NCBI GenBank assembly: GCA_963712275.1 | Contig: CAVQHD010000001.1 | Location: 1,408,001-1,472,000, forward strand | Length of the DNA: 64,000 nucleotides | Source: an uncultured Rhabdochlamydiaceae bacterium | Lineage (GTDB): Bacteria > Chlamydiota > Chlamydiia > Chlamydiales > Rhabdochlamydiaceae | Direction of reading: 5' to 3' | Part shown: positions 9,311-18,592 of the stretch, piece by piece | How positions within the stretch are numbered: position 1 is the first letter of the stretch | Layout of the letters: each line of letters starts with the position of its first letter | Position numbers and translations under genes: made by a program | The notes under the pieces: generated by a model | Told to the model about the DNA's origin: nothing | The model's input: only the letters and a program-made list of their open reading frames with translations | The model's database searches: none

Positions 9311-10657
9311 TTATTTCGGTAGAGCGATTTCTTCTTCAAGGGCTTCTGGGCGGATTTGTCCGAGGTATTTCGGTAGTTCAAGTCCTGCCATTGAGGCGAC
9401 ATCATGAAGGGCGGGGAGGGACTTGACGAGTTGGCTCATAAAGTTAGAAGTTGAAGACCCCTTACTTGAATCGCCACTATCCCAGACGGTAATTTTATCG
9501 ATTTTGATATTTTTAATTGCTTCAACCTGAAGTTTAACAATTTCTTCCAATTTTTCAATGAGAAGCATCGTAGAGGCGCTTTTGGCGTCGTTCCCACACG
9601 CTTCAACGAGTTGTTTATACCCTTTTGCTTTGGCATCCAAAAGCTTTTGAATTCCTTCTGCCTCGGCTTGCCGCATAGCAAGAATTGCGGCGGCTTCTCC
9701 CTTTGCGACTAAAATCTTGCTTTGCGCCTCAGCTTCGGCTTCAATCTGAATTTTTTTCTTTTTAATCTCTTGAGGAACAATTTGATCGGCTTCCAGAAAC
9801 TGCGTTTGAGCTAGCGCACGCGCTTTTTGAATTTCTGCTTCCGCATACTGTTTAGCGACCTGGCTTCGCTGAGCCGCTTCAGCCTCTTTTTCGGCGAGTA
9901 TAGCGTTTGTTAAAGCGATTTGTGCTTTAGAATCGTTTTCTCCTTTGACAGCCTCCGCATTGAAAGAGGCAACAGAGACCCTCCGATCCCTTTCTGCAAG
10001 CGCTTTTCCAATATCCCCTTGTTTTTCCTGCTCAGCCACATCAACTTTGGCTTGATTGACAGCGGTTGCAGAGGCTTTTTTCCCAATGCTATCAATATAC
10101 TCGGACTCGTCTGTAATATCTGTGATATTGACGTTAAGAAGAGTTAATCCAATTTTATGAAGCTCAGGCTCGATATTCTTCTTAATCGACTCTAAAAAAC
10201 GTTCTCGGTCTTGATTAATCTCCTCAATGCGAAGGGAAGCGACTGTCAAACGGAGCTGGCCAACGATGATTTCAGTTGCCATCGATTCGATTCCTTTGTG
10301 ATCTAAATCGAGCAAGCGCACAGCGGCATTGTTCATAATGTCAGGTGTGATGCCGACAGCAACTGTGAAGGTGCTTGGAACATTCACTCGAATGTTTTGA
10401 TGAGAGAGAGCTCCCTTTAAAGGAATATGGATGTTACGAGGGGTTAAGTCTAAAAAGGCGTAACCTTGGATAAGAGGCCATACAAATGTGCCGCCGCCAT
10501 GATAACATTGAACAGTTTTACTGCCGCCAACGCGTCCATAGACAACGAGAATTTTATTAGAGGGGCATCGTCGATAGAGCCGCGCAAGAAAGATAACAGT
10601 TGAGAATAAGAAAAGGAGAAATAAACAAACTGTAAAACTCAAATATGAGTTATCCAT
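9311..10657 (-). CDS. Flotillin/SPFH-domain protein
   Basis: N-terminal TM, GGGTFVWP, GQLR..IEEINQDR, and an AEA-rich coiled coil. Confidence 0.9.
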   Translation of the reverse strand: MDNSYLSFTVCLFLLFLFSTVIFLARLYRRCPSNKILVVYGRVGGSKTVQCYHGGGTFVWPLIQGYAFLDLTPRNIHIPLKGALSHQNIRVNVPSTFTVAVGITPDIMNNAAVRLLDLDHKGIESMATEIIVGQLRLTVASLRIEEINQDRERFLESIKKNIEPELHKIGLTLLNVNITDITDESEYIDSIGKKASATAVNQAKVDVAEQEKQGDIGKALAERDRRVSVASFNAEAVKGENDSKAQIALTNAILAEKEAEAAQRSQVAKQYAEAEIQKARALAQTQFLEADQIVPQEIKKKKIQIEAEAEAQSKILVAKGEAAAILAMRQAEAEGIQKLLDAKAKGYKQLVEACGNDAKSASTMLLIEKLEEIVKLQVEAIKNIKIDKITVWDSGDSSKGSSTSNFMSQLVKSLPALHDVASMAGLELPKYLGQIRPEALEEEIALPK

Positions 10658-10666
10658 GAATAACCT

Positions 10667-11206
10667 TTATTTTATTGGGACGACAACAACGGTGGTGTCA
10701 TCCGATTTTTTAATCACGTGTACTTGAGTGAAGGAAGCAAGCTCCTTGTGATGAAGAGAAACAGCATCGATTTCATATGTAAAGTCTTCGAGAGAAATCG
10801 AGATTTTTCCTATTCCATTTTCGGGGATACGATGATAAACCACCCCATTTTTTCCTACGGCGTCATCAATTTTAAAGACCGTTCCTGAGCTTTGTAGTTT
10901 TTTGGCAACTCGAAAAATGGATCCGATGATGAGAATGGATAGGAGGCCTACCCCAAAGGCAATTAAACTGGATGCAGCATTTGTAAATTCAAACTCTTTT
11001 CTACAGGTTAGCCCCACCCATCCAAACATCATGATGAAGCCTGTCAATGCTTGCTTGGAAAGCCATTTGAAATCCCCGCTCTCTTCGTGGTTATCCATTC
11101 CCAAGAGGCTTAAAATGAATTGAATGACAAACACGCTGGATCCTCCTAGGGCAAAGAGCCAGAAGAGAGTGTCTTTTCGCAAAAGATGATTGATAGCCTC
11201 TAACAT
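10667..11206 (-). CDS. NfeD-like membrane partner of flotillin
   Basis: Three TM segments plus an OB-fold-like C-terminus (GKNGVVYHRIPENGIGKI); directly upstream of the flotillin gene. Confidence 0.8.
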   Translation of the reverse strand: MLEAINHLLRKDTLFWLFALGGSSVFVIQFILSLLGMDNHEESGDFKWLSKQALTGFIMMFGWVGLTCRKEFEFTNAASSLIAFGVGLLSILIIGSIFRVAKKLQSSGTVFKIDDAVGKNGVVYHRIPENGIGKISISLEDFTYEIDAVSLHHKELASFTQVHVIKKSDDTTVVVVPIK

Positions 11207-11264
11207 AACGAGGCAAATTATCGCAGAGCGCGATGAAAAAAATCAACCGAAGAATTTTACTGAT

Positions 11265-12353
11265 TTAATTTTTTGGATTGGAAACAACAAAAAAATCAAC
11301 GGTTTCGGTGTCTGTGGTACAATTAGTCAAGTAAGGGTAGACCTTATTATGTTGTTCAACTGTATGATACAAGTCGTTTAAATGAGATTTAAAATATTTA
11401 GTGAATAATTCTTTTTCCCAACGATCGAGGTTTGCTGCGTATTCTTCAGAATCGACTGGGCCTAGTTGATCCTGTTTGTCGTGTAATGCAAGAGGAATGG
11501 TTAACGAGTAATTCGAAGGATTAAAAAATTCTTTTTCACCGAAGCAATTGGCAGGACATTTAACATCAAGCTCAAAAGTAATTTGGCTTTTGGAAGATTG
11601 GAGTAGAATAGAAAACCTTTTTGCAAAATCCGAATTAAGTGCCTTTACTGTTGAAATATCAACAACAACTTTTTGAAATAAACCTTTAACTAAATTAAGT
11701 CCTTCCTGCTGGTTAAAATCTAGCCAGAGATGAAGCCGATCGGAAGAAGTCTCTACGCGACGACCTCCTTCTGACGGAAGTAGTGCAATATCTGCAGAGA
11801 CCCACACTTCATTTTCCTCTGCTTCGCCTAAATCAGAGGGAAGCGGTTCAATGGGAGTTCTTCCTATAAAAAGACAAATCTTTTTTCCTTGAGCTTGATA
11901 ACCCTTAATTTTTAAAACAACAGCCCCAAAATTGTAATTGTTAGCCATTGCAGAAAGATCGCTGAGAGAGCAATCACTAGAGAATTTCATGAGGTTGGGT
12001 ACAACGTTTTCTCTCCAGGATTTATTGATACTTTCTGTACACGTTTTCCATTGCTTGTTTAAAGAGCCTTGTAGATTAAGGGACTGTTTAAATTTAGGTG
12101 TCAAACGATCAAGCTGCTGTTTTGCTGTGACTGTTTTTTCTACAAGGGACTTAGCCTTATTCTCAAAGTGCATTTTTCGAAAAATAAGGGCAATTCCGAA
12201 AGAAGCCATGGCTAGAAAGAGATTGCCTACAGAGTGTTTTTGCCATAGATGGTCAAAGCACTCTGCCTCGGCTTGTCTACAATGATCCGCGTTCTCAGGG
12301 TCGTACTCTTGCCCATTAATCTGACATGTATTTAAAAACGACTGGGACGTCAT
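11265..12353 (-). CDS. Hypothetical protein, paralog 1 of a tandem pair (effector-like)
   Basis: Start MTSQSFLNT chosen by alignment with the paralog; hydrophobic segment GNLFLAMASFGIALIF; AT-rich. Confidence 0.75.
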   Translation of the reverse strand: MTSQSFLNTCQINGQEYDPENADHCRQAEAECFDHLWQKHSVGNLFLAMASFGIALIFRKMHFENKAKSLVEKTVTAKQQLDRLTPKFKQSLNLQGSLNKQWKTCTESINKSWRENVVPNLMKFSSDCSLSDLSAMANNYNFGAVVLKIKGYQAQGKKICLFIGRTPIEPLPSDLGEAEENEVWVSADIALLPSEGGRRVETSSDRLHLWLDFNQQEGLNLVKGLFQKVVVDISTVKALNSDFAKRFSILLQSSKSQITFELDVKCPANCFGEKEFFNPSNYSLTIPLALHDKQDQLGPVDSEEYAANLDRWEKELFTKYFKSHLNDLYHTVEQHNKVYPYLTNCTTDTETVDFFVVSNPKN

Positions 12354-12479
12354 TTTAGTTACTCCAATATTTATTATATAAATCAATTATAACACATTTT
12401 TGTATTAATTAAAATTAATTGTTAACATATTATTAATATTTATACAAAAAATTGATAAGTCGTTTAAATTCAGCTGGAT

Positions 12480-13493
12480 CTAAGAAGGTGTTATTGGATT
12501 GGAAACAACAAAATAATTAACACTTTCGTTTTTTGTGGTATAATTACTTGTATAAGGATAGACACTGTTGCATTTTTGAACTTGATGATATAAACTTTTT
12601 AAGTGAGAAGTGAAATATTGAGTGGATAAGTCGTCTGCCCAATTGTCGAAACCTTCGGGTCCTCGATCGGTTTGTTGCTTAATAAACACCCCTAGAGGAA
12701 TATTAAGAGAGTAACGAGAGGGGTCAAAAGATTCTTGTTTAGCGTTATTCATATATTGGATAGAATATCTTGCACAAGTTTCAAAAATGATTTGGCTTTG
12801 AAGTTGAGGTTGAGGGGGTTGCAACAGAACGGAGAACCTTTTGACGAAATCAGAATTAAAAACTTTTGTTGTTGAAATATCAACAACAACTTTTTGAAAT
12901 AAACCTTTAACTAAATTAAGTCCTTCCTGCTGGTTAAAATCTAGCCAGAGATGAAGCCGATCGGAAGGAGTTTCTATACGACGGCCTGATTCTGTCGGAA
13001 CTGGTAAAAGGTCTGCAGAGACCCATACTTCATCTTTCTCTGCTTCGCCTAAATCAGAGGGAAGCGGTTCAGTGGGAGTTCTTCCTATAAAAAGACAAAC
13101 TCTTTTTCCTTGAGCTTGATAATTTTTAATTTTTAAAACAACAGCCCCAAAATTGTAATTATCCATGGCTTTTTTAGAAGGAGCTCTGAGCGAAGGGGTG
13201 GGTCTGATGCATTCCAGGATGTGAGGGGCAATGTTTTCTCTCCATGACTTGTTGGCTTCATGTACTGTGACTGTTTTTTCTACAAGGGACTTAGCCTCAT
13301 TCTCAAAGTGCATTTTTCGAAAAATAAGGGCAATTCCGAAAGAAGCCATGGCTAGAAAGAGATTGCCTATAGAGTGTTTTTGCCATAGATGGTCAAAGCA
13401 CTCTGCCTCAGCTTGTCTACGATGATCCTCGTTTCCAGGGTCGTACTCTTGGCCATTAATCTGGTATGTGTTTAAAAACGATGAGGACGTCAT
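12480..13493 (-). CDS. Hypothetical protein, paralog 2 of a tandem pair (effector-like)
   Basis: Blocks nearly identical to 11265-12353, e.g. RLHLWLDFNQQEGLNLVKGLFQKVVVDIST; duplicated upstream region. Confidence 0.75.
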   Translation of the reverse strand: MTSSSFLNTYQINGQEYDPGNEDHRRQAEAECFDHLWQKHSIGNLFLAMASFGIALIFRKMHFENEAKSLVEKTVTVHEANKSWRENIAPHILECIRPTPSLRAPSKKAMDNYNFGAVVLKIKNYQAQGKRVCLFIGRTPTEPLPSDLGEAEKDEVWVSADLLPVPTESGRRIETPSDRLHLWLDFNQQEGLNLVKGLFQKVVVDISTTKVFNSDFVKRFSVLLQPPQPQLQSQIIFETCARYSIQYMNNAKQESFDPSRYSLNIPLGVFIKQQTDRGPEGFDNWADDLSTQYFTSHLKSLYHQVQKCNSVYPYTSNYTTKNESVNYFVVSNPITPS

Positions 13494-13740
13494 TTTAGTT
13501 GCTCCAACGTTTATTATTATTTAAATTAATTATAACACATTTTTGTATTAATTAAAATTAATTGTTAACATGTTATTAATATTTATACAAAACTTAATAA
13601 GTCGCTTAAGTTTAGCTACATCTAAAATGCCTTTTTCAGCCAATGGCGTCTTTGATCGGAGAAATGTTTTAAGTGTTTTACAATCAGATAGTTAGAAAAA
13701 TGGACTTGAAAAGTCCAAAAATACGACAAAAATGGACCTT

Positions 13741-13923
13741 TTAACCTTTATATTTTCTCATCATGAGGCGCTTCCACCCTTCTGCAGAGAGAAGGCGGGC
13801 TGAAGGCGGCTGAGCTTTATTGTGTTTTGGGCCGTGACTTTGTTGTGCTTTAGGTGAGGCTGGTGGTTTGATGCGGCGGCGCGATGTTATCTTAGAAAGC
13901 TTTTTAAGCGCTTTTTTCCACAT
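13741..13923 (-). CDS. Small, very basic protein (60 aa)
   Basis: Strong RBS (GGGAGGAG) just before the ATG; K/R-rich. Confidence 0.6.
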   Translation of the reverse strand: MWKKALKKLSKITSRRRIKPPASPKAQQSHGPKHNKAQPPSARLLSAEGWKRLMMRKYKG

Positions 13924-14032
13924 AACTCCTCCCTCTTAAGTTCATTGTAGAATGGATTCGGCATGGTGTCAAGTATTTTTTTTAGTCGTACGGTGGCTCT
14001 TTTTCCGGTAGGATGAAAGAAAAAGAGGTGGT

Positions 14033-14446
14033 ATGTCAAAAATCGCAATCGATTATGAGGGGAATTTGCGGACGCGGGCGGTTCATCAGGGAAGCGGAGC
14101 TGCTATCCAGACCGATGCTCCTAAAGACAACCACGGGAAAGGAGAGCTTTTTTCTCCAACAGATTTACTTGCGGCAGCTCTTGGAACCTGTGTGCTGACA
14201 TTGATGGGAATCATGGCTCAGAGACTGAAGGTGGAGCTAAAGGGGCTCAGAGCGACTGTCGAGAAAGAGATGGCGCCCTTGCCTTCTCGAAAGGTTGGGC
14301 GGCTAGTTGTCCATGTCTACGCTCTAAATCAATTAGACCTGGAAACCGCCTCCAAATTGGAAGCGGCAGGAGCTGGATGTCCTGTCCATCATAGCCTTCA
14401 CCCAGACGTTCAACAAGAGATCGTTTTTCATTGGGGAAAAGCGTGA
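14033..14446 (+). CDS. OsmC-family protein
   Basis: TDAPKDNHGKGELFSPTDLLAAALGTC ... CPVHHSL. Confidence 0.9.
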   Translation: MSKIAIDYEGNLRTRAVHQGSGAAIQTDAPKDNHGKGELFSPTDLLAAALGTCVLTLMGIMAQRLKVELKGLRATVEKEMAPLPSRKVGRLVVHVYALNQLDLETASKLEAAGAGCPVHHSLHPDVQQEIVFHWGKA

Positions 14447-15459
14447 AATTTTTAGCGGAAGCTCCATTTGAAAAACATTTAAAGCAGTCCTACCCGGACC
14501 ACTTGTCTCGTCTCTACCTTTTTATTTCTCCCTGCGACTATGAGCGGCGTCTATGGACGGAGCATCTCTTAAGCCTTCTAAAGAACAAAGATCCAACGCT
14601 TCAGGTGATCAGGTTTCATGCAAGGGAAGTCTCGCCGATTGTCATCAGCGAGGAAGTTAGAGCCCCGAGCCTTTGGAAGGGGATGCGGGTACTCATTGTC
14701 GAAGAGATCGATCAAGTTAAACCATTAGACCCTTTTTTTAATCTTCTTCAAAATGTCCCTGAGGATGTGGTTTTGATTTTTGAGGCTGCCGCATCTAAAC
14801 CTATCAGCGAGCTTTATCAAAGAGGGAAAAAAGAGCTGATTGTACTTGATGTCTCTGATGAAAAGCCGTGGCATCGAGAAAAACGGCTATCTGATTGGAT
14901 GAGAGAGCAGGCCCGCAAGGAGGGAAAAAATCTTCCATCCGATGTTGCGCTCCAGCTTCTTCATCAGTTGGGGACTGACCTTGCAACCCTTGATCAAGAA
15001 CTCAAGAAGCTCATCACCTATGTGGGAGAAAAGAAGGTAATCGACAAAGATGATATACAGGCAATTTGTGGATCGATGGACCTCTTAACGGGTTGGCAGC
15101 TGGCAGAGGCTCTCGTTTGGAAGCATCCTGTATCGCTTCACGACAAATTATCCGACCTTAGCTTTGTCTTTCCATTTTTGGGGCAGATTCGTTATCACCT
15201 CCAACTAGGGGCACGGCTTGCAGATCTTCTTGAGCGGGATGTGGCTGTAGTAGATCTTCAGCACCACCTTCCTTCCCTGCGACCTCAACAGCTTGATAAG
15301 TTTGCTCCCATTGCAGCCCAAAGAAAGAGTTCATTTTTTCTCCAAGGCCTTATCAAGCTTTATGAGTTTGAGCTGCTGGCAAAAAGCGTTCCTCTGGACT
15401 TGGGCGCTGCGTTCGATCTGTTCCAAGGAAAGATATACTCCGATCGGTTGAAAAGTTGA
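14443..15459 (+). CDS. holA: DNA polymerase III delta subunit
   Basis: GTDLATLDQELKKLITYVG helix motif; size and position before an rsmI-like gene as in chlamydiae. The last codons and the stop are supplied by the family B element. Confidence 0.75.
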   Translation: MKFLAEAPFEKHLKQSYPDHLSRLYLFISPCDYERRLWTEHLLSLLKNKDPTLQVIRFHAREVSPIVISEEVRAPSLWKGMRVLIVEEIDQVKPLDPFFNLLQNVPEDVVLIFEAAASKPISELYQRGKKELIVLDVSDEKPWHREKRLSDWMREQARKEGKNLPSDVALQLLHQLGTDLATLDQELKKLITYVGEKKVIDKDDIQAICGSMDLLTGWQLAEALVWKHPVSLHDKLSDLSFVFPFLGQIRYHLQLGARLADLLERDVAVVDLQHHLPSLRPQQLDKFAPIAAQRKSSFFLQGLIKLYEFELLAKSVPLDLGAAFDLFQGKIYSDRLKS

Positions 15460-15600
15460 CATTTGGGCTGCGTCAAAGCCCCGGGGCTTGGTCATCGCAA
15501 GTGGGTCCGTATTGGATAAATACTGACCCACTTGCGATGACCGAACCGCGGGAGCTTTCACGTCAGCCCAAATGTCAATTTTTCAACCGATCGGAGTATA
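15434..15600. mobile_element. Family B palindromic MITE-like element (167 bp including TATA flanks)
   Basis: TATACTCCGATCGGTTGAAAAGTTGACATTTGGGCTG ... CAGCCCAAATGTCAATTTTTCAACCGATCGGAGTATA; inner stem GTCATCGCAAGTGGGTC/GACCCACTTGCGATGAC. Confidence 0.85.
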
Positions 15601-16262
15601 TGCACAAACTCATTCTGCTTCCTAATGTCCTTCATGAAGAATCGACGTGGAGCTACCATCCTCCTCCTTTTGATGCGCTCATTGCTGAGAGTGAAAAGGG
15701 GGGATATCAGTTTCTGAAGCGATTTGGACTTCAAAAATGCCCCGTTTATATGTTGAATGAGCATACGGAAAACCCTGAAGAGCTTGTTAAAATTCCAGAG
15801 AAAGTAGTTGGATTGATTAGCGATGCAGGGCTTCCCTGCCTTGCCGATCCAGGCGCTCGCGTTGTTGCAGCAGCGCATGGGCTTGCGATTTCTGTTGAGA
15901 CGATCCCAGGGCCCAGCTCGCTCATCATGGCGCTTCAACTTTCAGGTTTTTCAGGACAGGCATTTACCTTTCATGGATACTTTCCCAGAGAAGAACATCG
16001 ACTCTCATCTTTTTTACGACAACTTGATCGGACTTATACCCACCTTTTCATCGAGGCTCCTTATCGTACAAAAAAGGTCTTTGAATGGCTGCTTCACAAG
16101 CTGCCAACGGATGCTCGTCTCTGTGTGGCCTTTGAACTCATGGGCTTTCATTCCTTTGTGCGGACCGATACGGTGAGCGGATGGAAGAAAAGACCTCTTG
16201 AAAATACCAAAGGAAGGGCTGTTTTTTTACTTCGCTTTGGGGGAAGGGAGCATGGTTTCTAA
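15600..16262 (+). CDS. RsmI-like tetrapyrrole-methylase-family SAM methyltransferase
   Basis: GLISDAGLPCLADPG, IPGPSS..ALQLSG, FIEAPYR. Start MHKLILLP at 15600; the upstream extension lies in the MITE. Confidence 0.85.
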   Translation: MHKLILLPNVLHEESTWSYHPPPFDALIAESEKGGYQFLKRFGLQKCPVYMLNEHTENPEELVKIPEKVVGLISDAGLPCLADPGARVVAAAHGLAISVETIPGPSSLIMALQLSGFSGQAFTFHGYFPREEHRLSSFLRQLDRTYTHLFIEAPYRTKKVFEWLLHKLPTDARLCVAFELMGFHSFVRTDTVSGWKKRPLENTKGRAVFLLRFGGREHGF

Positions 16263-17498
16263 AAGTTGGACGATTTCAATCCCAGTCTCAGGAGGGCATG
16301 GATTCACATTTGTTTTACCCAGCAGATAATCAGAAGCATAGCTGAGGTGCTTTCCCATGGAATCATCTGGGATTTCTTCTATCAGCCTATCCAATGCTCC
16401 ATTCATAAAAACGGCAATTTTCCCAATAGATCGAGGAGCGTCTGGCACCGGTTCGTAAAAACCGAGAACGCGGTAAGCATCTCCTTTTGGAGAAAGTCCT
16501 TCAATAGCGATTACTCGATACCTGGTAAGCGTGTCATGCTCTTCAATTGTCTTAAGTGCGTAGGGAGGGTATCGATTTTTGATTGTTCCATCCATGGAGG
16601 AGAAAAGGTTGATATAGAGTTGACCTGAGGGAGTTGCAAAAGTCGCTTTGGAGGCCAAATTCGATGATTTTTGGGCAGGGCTGGTTTCTGCGCAAATTGA
16701 CATACTCGGCTCAGAGTAGGCTATTTGCGCAGAATCCGGATCCTGCTCAAAAAGCGCGGATTTGGCCCCAAATCGGAGTTTTGCAACCCCCTCTATCTTA
16801 TATTCGATATTGGCAGAACCCTGATTGGGTAAGTTAAGTGAAGTAATGTCTGTGTAATGAACCGAAAGAGGTTTAGGCGGTAGAGCAAGCTGCATCGAGT
16901 GTAAAAAACTCTGTAGAATTGTAACGATATGGGTTCCTTCATAAGCAAAGGCCCCATTGGAATCGATGTATCTCCCTTTTTTGAAATCGACAATCCGATT
17001 TTTATCCATTTCAATGACGATTTTTCGAGGTGTGAGTTGAAGAGATTCAAAAGCGATTTTTCGAACCGCTTCAGAGATTTGTGAACTCAAGTAATTTTCA
17101 TTGACAACGATAGATCCTTGAAATGTTTTTAAGAGGGTTTGAAGTTCCGGGATTTGATGTTCCATGCAAATGGGTTTTTCAACGATCATGCGGGCTTTTG
17201 GATCGAGGCGGATGATCTCTTTGATGACGTTAAGGTGCTCAGCGGGAGGAGTACAAATATCCCAAAAGCTTGGCTCAGCTTGCAGCGCTTCCTCGTACGA
17301 GTTAAAACAACGAAGGCCTTTCGATGCAGCCGCCATTTGTTTGGCAGGATCAATATCGATAATCCCCAGCGTCTTAACGCCATGCTGTTTAAGCTTATTC
17401 TCATGGACAGGGGCAACAGTTCCATATCCAATTCTAACGCAGCCCGGTTCGGCTGATAGGGTGAAAGTGATCATTAAAAGAATGATAAACTGTTTCAT
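16227..17498 (-). CDS. Gfo/Idh/MocA-family oxidoreductase with a signal-peptide-like N-terminus and an in-frame element insertion
   Basis: IGYG, ICTPPAEH and IVEKP motifs; insert EGVAKLRFG...FATPS. Confidence 0.75.
   Translation of the reverse strand: MKQFIILLMITFTLSAEPGCVRIGYGTVAPVHENKLKQHGVKTLGIIDIDPAKQMAAASKGLRCFNSYEEALQAEPSFWDICTPPAEHLNVIKEIIRLDPKARMIVEKPICMEHQIPELQTLLKTFQGSIVVNENYLSSQISEAVRKIAFESLQLTPRKIVIEMDKNRIVDFKKGRYIDSNGAFAYEGTHIVTILQSFLHSMQLALPPKPLSVHYTDITSLNLPNQGSANIEYKIEGVAKLRFGAKSALFEQDPDSAQIAYSEPSMSICAETSPAQKSSNLASKATFATPSGQLYINLFSSMDGTIKNRYPPYALKTIEEHDTLTRYRVIAIEGLSPKGDAYRVLGFYEPVPDAPRSIGKIAVFMNGALDRLIEEIPDDSMGKHLSYASDYLLGKTNVNPCPPETGIEIVQLLETMLPSPKAK
16627..16793 (-). mobile_element. 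Family A palindromic MITE/RPE-like element, 167 bp, intragenic and in frame
   Basis: Reverse complement is about 95% identical to 4575-4741 and encodes the same peptide in the same frame relative to the host gene. Confidence 0.9.
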
Positions 17499-18592
17499 AT
17501 AATAATTTCCTCCGCAACAGAGTCATAGAATAACTGGCCTTGCTCTGTTAAAGCAATCGAAAAAGGAGTAAGAGTAATCCACCCTTTCATCTCAAGACGA
17601 TGGAGAAGCGCGGCATCGACAGGAAATTCTAAGCGGGGAGCGCCTTCCGCCATTCGGAGGCGAATAGCCAGCTTTTCATGAAGGCTTGCAAGAGGGGAGA
17701 GCTTTTCTTCAAAATCTCGCGGAAGGAGCTCTTGCTGAAGCAAAGCGAGATATTTTTTAAGATGGCAGACATTGCGGCTTCTGGCTCCATTCCAATAGCT
17801 AAAAGCAGAAGGGCCCAGTCCTAAAAAGGGGCGGCCTGTCCAATATCCTGTATTGTGCAAGGAGGCATAGCCCGGTTTGGCAAAGGCGGAAATCTCATAC
17901 CGCTTAAGCCCCATTTTTTTGAAGGAAAGAAGGGATGCCTCTAACATCGCAAGACTTTCTTCTGGGGATGGGAGAAAAGGGGAGAGCGCCTTCTGTTTTT
18001 TATGAAAGAGGGCTCCTGGTTCAAAGGTGAGATTATAGAGGGAAAGGTGGGTGATGGGAAGATGGGAGACCTCATCTAATGTCGCCTGCCAAATTTTTAC
18101 CGTCTGCCCAGGGATTTCGTACATGAGGTCGATGGTTATGTTGGAGATGCCGGCAGCTCTGGTAAGGTGAACAGCTTCAATTCCTTTTTGAGCGGTGTGG
18201 CTCCGGCCCAATGTTTTGAGAAGAGGGTTGTCAAGCGACTGAAGTCCAAGGCTGATGCGGCTAACTCCAACGTCTCGAAAAGCCTGCATGCGCTCTAGCG
18301 TTACATCGTCTGGATTTGCCTCTAAAGAGACTTCTGCTCCTGCCGGAGGATCAATCCATCTTAAAATTTGGCCTATCGAATCAGCCCCAAGCAAAGAAGG
18401 GGTTCCGCCTCCAAAGTAGACAGAAACAATTTTTTTTCCCTTGAGCTGCGGCTGGATCAAATCCCATTCTTTTTTAAGACCCTCAAGAAAAAGAGCATGA
18501 GAAGGGAGATAGTTAGGAAGAACAAAAAAATGGCAATAGGGACACTTTTGTTTGCAAAAAGGAACATGAATATAGAGCGAGATATCTACCAA
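17495..18592 (-). CDS. hemW: Radical SAM heme chaperone HemW (HemN-like)
   Basis: LYIHVPFCKQKCPYCHF, YFGGGTPS, YEISAF, HNTGYW. Confidence 0.9.
   Translation of the reverse strand: MVDISLYIHVPFCKQKCPYCHFFVLPNYLPSHALFLEGLKKEWDLIQPQLKGKKIVSVYFGGGTPSLLGADSIGQILRWIDPPAGAEVSLEANPDDVTLERMQAFRDVGVSRISLGLQSLDNPLLKTLGRSHTAQKGIEAVHLTRAAGISNITIDLMYEIPGQTVKIWQATLDEVSHLPITHLSLYNLTFEPGALFHKKQKALSPFLPSPEESLAMLEASLLSFKKMGLKRYEISAFAKPGYASLHNTGYWTGRPFLGLGPSAFSYWNGARSRNVCHLKKYLALLQQELLPRDFEEKLSPLASLHEKLAIRLRMAEGAPRLEFPVDAALLHRLEMKGWITLTPFSIALTEQGQLFYDSVAEEIII

Noticed and set aside
15331..15599. ORF 15331..15561 and the 15456 start for the rsmI-like gene
   Set aside because: Both derive from the family B palindrome; recognisable methyltransferase sequence begins at ATG 15600.
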